Positions 54,212 through 60,676 of a DNA stretch of 60,676 nucleotides are shown here, piece by piece. Below the pieces are notes generated by a model. It saw only the letters and a program-made list of their open reading frames with translations. It searched no databases and was not told the DNA's origin. The position numbers and the translations under genes are program-made. This DNA comes from a virus (Duplodnaviria > Caudoviricetes), in the IMG/VR virus record IMGVR_UViG_3300021389_000023, positions 1 through 60,676 of that record. One strand, 5' to 3'. How positions within the stretch are numbered: the stretch's first letter is position 1; each line of letters opens with the position of its first letter.

Positions 54212-56576
54212 CTTTAAACATTATCCATCTACCCTGCCTTGACCTGCCCTCTACAACATCAACATCAGACCTAAAGTCACCGTAATACAGAAGCCATTTG
54301 TAAAACGCAGTTCTAGATATAGTCTTCTTACCATTAGGAGCAAAGTCAGGATTGTCATTTATAAAGTCAATATACAACTCGTCCTTGAATATCTTACTAT
54401 TAAATGTAATTAGGTCACACATCCTAGTGCCCTCAACAAGACCTAGCCACTCAATAAACTCATGACAGGTATCTGCCGCAAGCCTCTTTATGGCTGTGTT
54501 TGACGATTCAGCCTCAACAAGACCACTAGAAAGGTATCCCTTTAAATTACTGACCATGTAGTTATCAAATGAACACCACTCTTCCATGTTCCACTCATCA
54601 AAGAACCTCTTACCAAACTCATCCACAGGAGTGAAATCCTTATTGTAAAACTGCTTCAACTCCAACTCAAACTTACGTCTCATGAATGAATTACCACGAC
54701 CACGTATAGTGTAGTTGGTGGTTATTACAATCTTGGGAGAAAACTTGAACGGTACACGTATAGCATCCTTGTTCTTCTTCTCTATGGTAATACCCTCTGT
54801 AATCGCAGAGAATAATCTCTCAAAATCAAAACCCTTCTTCACATCATCAAATGATATAACCTGCGTGTCTGTGCTTATGGTTTGATATGCGAAAGGCTTA
54901 TCGAAAGAGAAACCCTTTCCATCTATCATAGCGACCTTCTTCATCATGCTTATGCCTTGTACAAATAAACCCTTACCTGTACCACCCATAGGGTTATCAC
55001 TTATAACCTCATCATTGAGTATTACAGATGGACAAAATCCTGGATCTTTATACCCACTCATTAGAAATCCTATAGAGGACTCAAGGGCTTGAACCCTATT
55101 GTCATCATCTCCAGATATGTTCCTAACAAACTTCTTGAAGTCACATTCTGTGATGTCACAGAAATCAAAGTCTCTGTCTATAACTTGATCCTTCCATACA
55201 TAACCATCTAAGTCCACATAATCAACCATGATAACATCCTTTACACCTACCTTGAGTGCACAGTTATTGAAGTATATGAATGAGAAGTCCTTTTGGTCTT
55301 CAACAAAGTGTACATCCACAGTGTCTAGTAAGGATAGAAAATCCTCCTTGAAATACCTCGTCTTGTCTGCAAAGAAGTTATAAATGGATAGGTCATCAAA
55401 TTTCTCTAGGTATCCTAAAATAAAGTCCTTTATCTCCTCCTCAGACGCACGCTCTATAAGATTATTTGTAACCTTCACAAACATATACTTCTTTGAGTCG
55501 TGTGGTGCAAACTTATAAAAACCTCTGTGCTGAAGAAACTCCTTAAACAGATAGTGTACAATAGTTATAGCACCCTTATCTGACTTCAACCAAAAACGAT
55601 TTATGGAGTAATCTTTCTCCAAGTCTTTAACAACAGATCCAACGATATCCTTGTCTATGTCTGAGTTAGACTCCATTATAGACGTAGTAGACTCTCCCTT
55701 GTTTATCTTCTGTCTTATTTTAGACATCCTGGCATCATCCTCATAATACTTAGTCCCATGAGCCATAACATTCCTATATGCAGAGTCTATCGTTGTCTTT
55801 ATCTCAGACTGAGAGAACCCTTCAGACGCATAGTTACCCAGAACATACTCAGCTAAGGACTTATTTATACCGTAATCATTAAGTGCAGAGGCTAGTATAA
55901 ATGCATTGTTATTCCTCTGACCATCAACCATAGGATAGTTCTTTGTCCACCACTTTACAAGTATCTCTACTATCTTATTATCATCAGTGATAGGTATGGT
56001 CGGTCTGTCAGTTAGTTTGTCCACAGGTCTGTACTCATAATCAGAAGCCTTATCCCATACCTTTGAATCCATGTTAATGTATATATCATCATCGTAAGAC
56101 TCATAGCATACACGACTAACATTCTTTGTAGATATATCAAACTCACTCGAATCGAAATACTCTCCAAGTGCATCAAAATATCTCTTATGATTTTCAGTTT
56201 CGGCAGGTACTTTTATTATAACCTTTAGACCATTACCACTAGGACTGATGAATGCAGACATAACATACTCGTCTGATGACAATGCATCCTTAAAGTCTAG
56301 CATGTCCTTCTTCTTCTTGTAGCCATCAAAGTCTAAACATATAAGTCCACTATGTTCAAGTATGGCATCGTCAGACCTCTTGCTAAATGTACCTGAGAAA
56401 CATATTGCAGGAAGCTCCTTCTTTAATTCGTTCCTCTTGGTCTTATCCTTCTCTCTCCTTATTGCAGAAATCTTATCCTTGTGCTTCCCATCACGTATAC
56501 GGTCTAAAACAAATGATACATCCCTGTGGAATGGAGTGTATGTCTCTCTTATATTTTTAAATATTGTTATATTCAT
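54156..56576 (-). CDS. Primase-helicase: VirE_N/BT4734-like + PriCT + SF3 helicase
   Basis: KKELPAICFSGTF, LDFD, SPSGNGLK, GQRNN, GGTGKG, FDD and ITTN motifs. Confidence 0.9.
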   Translation of the reverse strand: MNITIFKNIRETYTPFHRDVSFVLDRIRDGKHKDKISAIRREKDKTKRNELKKELPAICFSGTFSKRSDDAILEHSGLICLDFDGYKKKKDMLDFKDALSSDEYVMSAFISPSGNGLKVIIKVPAETENHKRYFDALGEYFDSSEFDISTKNVSRVCYESYDDDIYINMDSKVWDKASDYEYRPVDKLTDRPTIPITDDNKIVEILVKWWTKNYPMVDGQRNNNAFILASALNDYGINKSLAEYVLGNYASEGFSQSEIKTTIDSAYRNVMAHGTKYYEDDARMSKIRQKINKGESTTSIMESNSDIDKDIVGSVVKDLEKDYSINRFWLKSDKGAITIVHYLFKEFLQHRGFYKFAPHDSKKYMFVKVTNNLIERASEEEIKDFILGYLEKFDDLSIYNFFADKTRYFKEDFLSLLDTVDVHFVEDQKDFSFIYFNNCALKVGVKDVIMVDYVDLDGYVWKDQVIDRDFDFCDITECDFKKFVRNISGDDDNRVQALESSIGFLMSGYKDPGFCPSVILNDEVISDNPMGGTGKGLFVQGISMMKKVAMIDGKGFSFDKPFAYQTISTDTQVISFDDVKKGFDFERLFSAITEGITIEKKNKDAIRVPFKFSPKIVITTNYTIRGRGNSFMRRKFELELKQFYNKDFTPVDEFGKRFFDEWNMEEWCSFDNYMVSNLKGYLSSGLVEAESSNTAIKRLAADTCHEFIEWLGLVEGTRMCDLITFNSKIFKDELYIDFINDNPDFAPNGKKTISRTAFYKWLLYYGDFRSDVDVVEGRSRQGRWIMFKDENYEEKETEESIPGLEF

Positions 56577-57067
56577 ATCATTTTTATTATAGCGTTAACC
56601 CTTAGCTTTAGTACTGATAACTTATCAGATGGCACTCTTCTTATGTTAGATATAAGTTCGTCCAAGTCATCATCCGTATTCAATAAATATAAGTTTTTAC
56701 AAACCTCATCATATTCATTTTTAAGATCTATATACTTGACCTTCATCTTGTCGTATGCGTCTTGTATAGGCTCATTAATCTCATCCTCGTCAAGATTTAG
56801 CTTACGAATAAGTGAAATCCTTCGGTCATGCATAGAGCTGTAGTAGGTCTTTACATCTGGAAGTATATTATTCAGGGCATTTATTACTGTAGCATGTGTC
56901 CTACCTATTGACCTACCAATAGCATTCATACTCCCCATCTTTAACTTATTGTAGGCTATATCATAGTATACAGCCCTACCTATAGCATGCTCTGAATCCC
57001 TACACCTTGATGTAATATCGACACCCATCTCCATAGAGACGATGTCTATTAGTTCTTTAAATTCCAT
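56573..57067 (-). CDS. DnaA domain IV-like HTH protein
   Basis: SRCR......RA.Y...IGR.IGR.HATVINAL pattern. Confidence 0.7.
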   Translation of the reverse strand: MEFKELIDIVSMEMGVDITSRCRDSEHAIGRAVYYDIAYNKLKMGSMNAIGRSIGRTHATVINALNNILPDVKTYYSSMHDRRISLIRKLNLDEDEINEPIQDAYDKMKVKYIDLKNEYDEVCKNLYLLNTDDDLDELISNIRRVPSDKLSVLKLRVNAIIKMI

Positions 57068-57085
57068 TGTTTTTTGTTTGTATAG

Positions 57086-57119
57086 ATGTAAAAGGGAGAC
57101 ATTGTCTCCCCATTTACAT
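57086..57119. terminator. Hairpin or terminator downstream of 57137..57793
   Basis: ATGTAAA.GGGAGAC/GTCTCCC..TTTACAT stem. Confidence 0.55.
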
Positions 57120-57136
57120 TCACATTAAAATAATAT

Positions 57137-57793
57137 CTAGAAGTCTAGCTCGACCTCTTCAGCCTCTTGAACCTCTTCCTTCTTGAAGTATTGGTCAAGA
57201 TAAATCTTTAGCTCAGATGCAGACGAGTTAGCCATGTCTGACTCCTTGCTCGTTAACGCCTTACCTAAAGTAAATTCTGGTGTACTGTACTTAATACTAC
57301 CCTTCTTCTGATCCTTTGAAGAATTAATCTCAACCCATTGATTGTCAATAAGGTTCTTGTTAGCCTCCATGAATTCAGACCATTCTCTAACTACAGAACC
57401 CTTCACAGAAAGGTTTGCAATAGTGCCATCCTCTAGCATTACATAGATAGACCTGTGGTACTTACCACCTGCATTTACAATGTCAGTCTTGATGTCTTTG
57501 TAAAGACCTGACGCTATCTCTCCACCCTTGTAAGAGCGTACTGTCATCGGCTCACTGCCAATATAAAACACCTCGTTAGAATAGATACCGCTTTGACTAG
57601 CATCGTTCCAACCCTTCACAGTGTGATAGTGCTGTAGGAATACAAACCTTAAAGGTAAATCTACAGATACCTTCTCCTCAGCATCCTTGTCATAGTAGCT
57701 GAAGTTTTTGTCGTTAGACTTCCACTCTAAGTATCTCTTAGTTGGATTGTTTGAGCTGTTGCTCTTCTCTGATGTGTGGCTAATTCTTGCCAT
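57137..57793 (-). CDS. Putative ssDNA-binding or annealing protein
   Basis: Beta-rich; acidic C-tail ending ELDF; next to the exonuclease. Confidence 0.55.
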   Translation of the reverse strand: MARISHTSEKSNSSNNPTKRYLEWKSNDKNFSYYDKDAEEKVSVDLPLRFVFLQHYHTVKGWNDASQSGIYSNEVFYIGSEPMTVRSYKGGEIASGLYKDIKTDIVNAGGKYHRSIYVMLEDGTIANLSVKGSVVREWSEFMEANKNLIDNQWVEINSSKDQKKGSIKYSTPEFTLGKALTSKESDMANSSASELKIYLDQYFKKEEVQEAEEVELDF

Positions 57794-57843
57794 AATAAAA
57801 AAAATATTTAATTTACGGTTACTTTTCCCTAACCGCTTGGGAT

Positions 57844-58566
57844 TTATAATATCTCTTGCTTTACATACTGTTGTACGTCATCCGTAGCATCTTCACTGAA
57901 GAACCTCTTCCATACATTTACTGCCCTCTCGACCTTGTCTCTTCCTCTCTCTAAAAACTCTTCACTGCAAGTGAACCTCTTCATCTGCAAACTGTCCTTG
58001 TCGATAACAAAAAACTCAAAAGGCTTGTTAAACATACTGCTATATATAAATGCTTGACTGTCATAGTTGTAGTTGTATGCACTGCTCCTAAACTTCGCTA
58101 TCGATGACGAGGTCTTTATGTCTATAATCTTGTCATCAGTAATGATGTCAGCCTTGCCCTTAAACTTTACACCATAGAATTCACCAATGATTGGGACTTC
58201 GTATTGTGCGTTCTTAGAGTATATCTCTGATGAGAGTGACTCACAGTCCTTCATGCAGTCAATCGCTATGTCAAGTGCCTCTACTTCCTTCCTAAGAAGT
58301 AATAGCCTTCCGTTAGACTGCTCCTTATATATCTTAGTGTTCCTTGATGATGCGTCCACTATCTCAAAGCTATCCTTCTTTTCTGGCTCCAACATAGATA
58401 CATGGAAGTACCTTCCTTGTACCATAGGAAGACTTTCATTGGATGGCTTTCCAAAGTCTCTTGGATTATTTAGTAAGACTCCTATGTTACTGTTTGATAG
58501 GTACTTCTTACCAAACGCACCGTAGTAGTGCTTATCCTCTTGTAATTTTTTTAGTATTGATTTCAT
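57844..58566 (-). CDS. PD-(D/E)XK exonuclease (RecE/DUF3799-like)
   Basis: LSNS, G..FH..LEP, KGKAD, DIKT and Y..Q..IY motifs. Confidence 0.85.
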   Translation of the reverse strand: MKSILKKLQEDKHYYGAFGKKYLSNSNIGVLLNNPRDFGKPSNESLPMVQGRYFHVSMLEPEKKDSFEIVDASSRNTKIYKEQSNGRLLLLRKEVEALDIAIDCMKDCESLSSEIYSKNAQYEVPIIGEFYGVKFKGKADIITDDKIIDIKTSSSIAKFRSSAYNYNYDSQAFIYSSMFNKPFEFFVIDKDSLQMKRFTCSEEFLERGRDKVERAVNVWKRFFSEDATDDVQQYVKQEIL

Positions 58567-58906
58567 TGTATTTGTTTAAGTAAAATTCTCTCATTCCTTT
58601 TAGGCTAGTAAAGTTCCTATGGTTCTTACTACCGTTTACATTTCTCTTTATAGCATCTCCAATAAGGTCTAACTTCTTTAGGTACTTCTTCTTTAGATGC
58701 TCTCTAACACCTATGTCTAGACTATCCCTAACAAAGTCATTGGTGATGTCCTTGTAAAACTCTGTGTCAGTGCAGTATATGTATACACCCGTGTCATCCT
58801 TTAAAAACTTTATACCCTTGTATACGGTAGCCTTATAATGATCAGTGTCCATGTCTACAGCTATATGCCTATCCCTAACTTCATCCCAAATATTTTCTAA
58901 TGTCAT
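58532..58906 (-). CDS. Hypothetical protein, probably leaderless
   Basis: 124 aa; TATATTTG ends 4 nt before the ATG. Confidence 0.7.
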   Translation of the reverse strand: MTLENIWDEVRDRHIAVDMDTDHYKATVYKGIKFLKDDTGVYIYCTDTEFYKDITNDFVRDSLDIGVREHLKKKYLKKLDLIGDAIKRNVNGSKNHRNFTSLKGMREFYLNKYNEINTKKITRG

Positions 58907-58910
58907 GTTC

Positions 58911-58918
58911 CAAATATA
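58911..58918 (-). promoter_or_regulatory. -7 box TATATTTG heading the replication operon
   Basis: Consensus match. Confidence 0.6.
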
Positions 58919-58939
58919 TTTAATTATTTTGATTTATTC

Positions 58940-59131
58940 TTACTTTTTCTTAAAAAAATTTGTCGGTCTGTCAAAACCATTCTTTATAACAAAGAGGTCG
59001 TATGCCTTTGCACACTCCTTATCGTCCTGGTACGAACCAAAGCTATACTTCGTCCCATTGTGTGAAAACTCAACCCTAAAGAATCGTCTTCCACTTGTCC
59101 TACCTCTGTGTACTCCTATGTATTTTTTCAT
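58940..59131 (-). CDS. Stand-alone AP2-domain DNA-binding protein
   Basis: KYIGV...F...G.Y....ECAKAYD......TNF pattern. Confidence 0.8.
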   Translation of the reverse strand: MKKYIGVHRGRTSGRRFFRVEFSHNGTKYSFGSYQDDKECAKAYDLFVIKNGFDRPTNFFKKK

Positions 59132-59132
59132 T

Positions 59133-59320
59133 GTGTCAGTTTTTTTTGTGCCTCTATATATATATATATTTATATAGGGTTATTTATATTTTATTTTTTT
59201 TCTGTAAATAGGAATAAAATCGACATTCCGACACGATCTATAGTTAACTTACTAATATTCAGTTAATTAAAGCGTGTCGATTCCGTGTCGATTTTCTATT
59301 TCCGTGTCGATTTTAGAAGG
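59133..59320 (-). repeat. Origin-like element B, an inverted diverged copy of 6026-6210
   Basis: GTGTCGATT at 59274, 59285, 59304; AAAATCGACATTCCGACAC; same AT/(TA)n tract. Confidence 0.8.
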
Positions 59321-59740
59321 ATTACTTCATAATTGTTCTCCTTAAGTAGCTTTATAGCCCTTTGGATTTCTCTTTGTTTCTCTCTGTAAGCCTCAAAAGT
59401 TTCAGACTCAAATGCATTTCTACTCATATTTTCTGTTTATAAATGTTTGTAAATTCTCTAGGTTTGTATCTATGTTAGCCATCGGCTGATACAATTCATT
59501 GTGCATGAACATATCCAATTCTAGTGGATCGATGTCCATGTTTTCTGTAGCCTTTATAAAGGCGTTTAGCAATATCTCTTGTCTCATTATACCATATTTA
59601 TTAAGTCGTCATACACCTTCATTCGCTCCTCGTGAACGTGCTTATGTATTTCGTTTTCTAGTTCCAATAATTTAATTTGCAGGTATACATTTGGCGAAGC
59701 GTTTGCATAGTCTTGCAATTGTTTTAATAGTTCTTTCATT

Positions 59741-60094
59741 TTAATAGTTTCTTAAAAATTTAGTTCTTACTTTTATTATATCTCCAACATCTGTAGTACC
59801 AGGATGGCAGTAACAGTCGTTCTTGTTTACATATCCCTTGTCCGTCTTGTAACTCCAAGCATGGATTTTAATTACCTCAGCCTCTGTTGTGTCGCCATTC
59901 ATTCCGTTGTATACCCTACAATATTCCTCAGCCTCTGTCTCATTAGCAAAGTATGTCCAGTCTGTTCCGTTTTCAATGAGGTTATCATCTGTGTCGTAAA
60001 CATCAAGACAAACTGCGTATGGTCTGTCCCCATAGTGTTCATCCCCAACCATATCATAGTCAGGGACTCGTACTGCTTTTAAAATTGTTTTCAT
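59741..60094 (-). CDS. Hypothetical early protein
   Basis: 117-aa acidic ORF, coupled. Confidence 0.75.
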   Translation of the reverse strand: MKTILKAVRVPDYDMVGDEHYGDRPYAVCLDVYDTDDNLIENGTDWTYFANETEAEEYCRVYNGMNGDTTEAEVIKIHAWSYKTDKGYVNKNDCYCHPGTTDVGDIIKVRTKFLRNY

Positions 60095-60381
60095 AAGTGT
60101 CCTCCTATTTTTAGTTCGTCACATTCGTATCTGAATTCAGACTCTTGGTCATCGTCTGTCCAATCCCCACTATCCATTCCAAATCCGAAGCCTAAAGGTT
60201 CCTCAGAAATAGCCTCGTCTATCTTGTCAGACCATAGGTCTTCATTCTCTATTAGGTAGTCTCCTATGTCTGCGTACTTGCCATTGTCTAACCTCCAATG
60301 GTCATACAGATTCATATTTATATCTATCTCTACCTCTGCCGTTTTGTAGTACACACTACGTTGTAAAATTTTAACTTTCAT
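60091..60381 (-). CDS. Acidic hypothetical early protein (5' part repeated at 1-108)
   Basis: 96-aa ORF. Confidence 0.75.
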   Translation of the reverse strand: MKVKILQRSVYYKTAEVEIDINMNLYDHWRLDNGKYADIGDYLIENEDLWSDKIDEAISEEPLGFGFGMDSGDWTDDDQESEFRYECDELKIGGHL

Positions 60382-60566
60382 ATCTCTTTTCTTTTTAATT
60401 CAAATGATTCACATGCATTCTCTATTGTTGCCCAACTAATTCCGTAGTTAGCATCGTGATAATCTCTTATCATTTCTAAAACTTTCATTCCCTCTTCATC
60501 TGTACATTCAAATCCAAGTGAACGGATATCGTCTACTGACCATATAATTTCAATTTGTGTTTTCAT
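60378..60566 (-). CDS. Hypothetical protein (allele B of variable slot; WSVDDI...HDANYGISW)
   Basis: 62-aa ORF; ATGA coupling with 60091..60381. Confidence 0.75.
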   Translation of the reverse strand: MKTQIEIIWSVDDIRSLGFECTDEEGMKVLEMIRDYHDANYGISWATIENACESFELKRKEI

Positions 60567-60676
60567 AATTAATAGTTGTTTGTTAGGTATGTATTAAGAG
60601 CCAACTGCTGAATAACACTACCCTTGTGTTGTTTTAAAATGTTCTTTACTCCTTCGTCCTCCAAAGCTATTGAAGG

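Noticed and set aside
1-60676. Prophage, temperate lifestyle or alternative genetic code
   Set aside because: No integrase or host flanks; long genes read through in the standard code

Overview
An essentially complete ~60.2 kb genome of a podovirus-type tailed phage, most likely infecting Bacteroidetes (Flavobacteriia). The host call rests on TAnnTTTG -7 promoter boxes, A-rich translation starts and a VirE_N/BT4734-type primase. The contig overlaps itself: 1-127 = 60274-60400 and 389-502 = 60563-60676, with two different genes between the matching flanks. The plus strand (6.3-49.2 kb) carries groEL-groES, small basic proteins, lysis genes, tail fibres, a tandem GroES-like protein, terminase, portal, scaffold, capsid, tail tube, ejection proteins and a 3588-aa polyvalent protein. 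The minus strand carries nucleotide and replication genes (49.2-59.1 kb) and small early genes (59.3 kb through the junction to 4.7 kb). I see no DNA polymerase, integrase, CRISPR array or reverse transcriptase. The main signals the ORF track misses are: (1) an early transcript with a boxB/boxA-like site, a ~500-nt structured leader, a tRNA-like cloverleaf and a perfect type I hammerhead ribozyme bracketing the first early gene; (2) two inverted copies of an iteron + IHF-like site + AT-tract element flanking the early region; (3) attC-like hairpins around accessory genes with no integrase; (4) inside the giant gene, RKQ-delimited domains, nested +1-frame genes for basic peptides and an A10 tract followed by three open frames. 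All family assignments come from motif recognition by eye; no searches were run.
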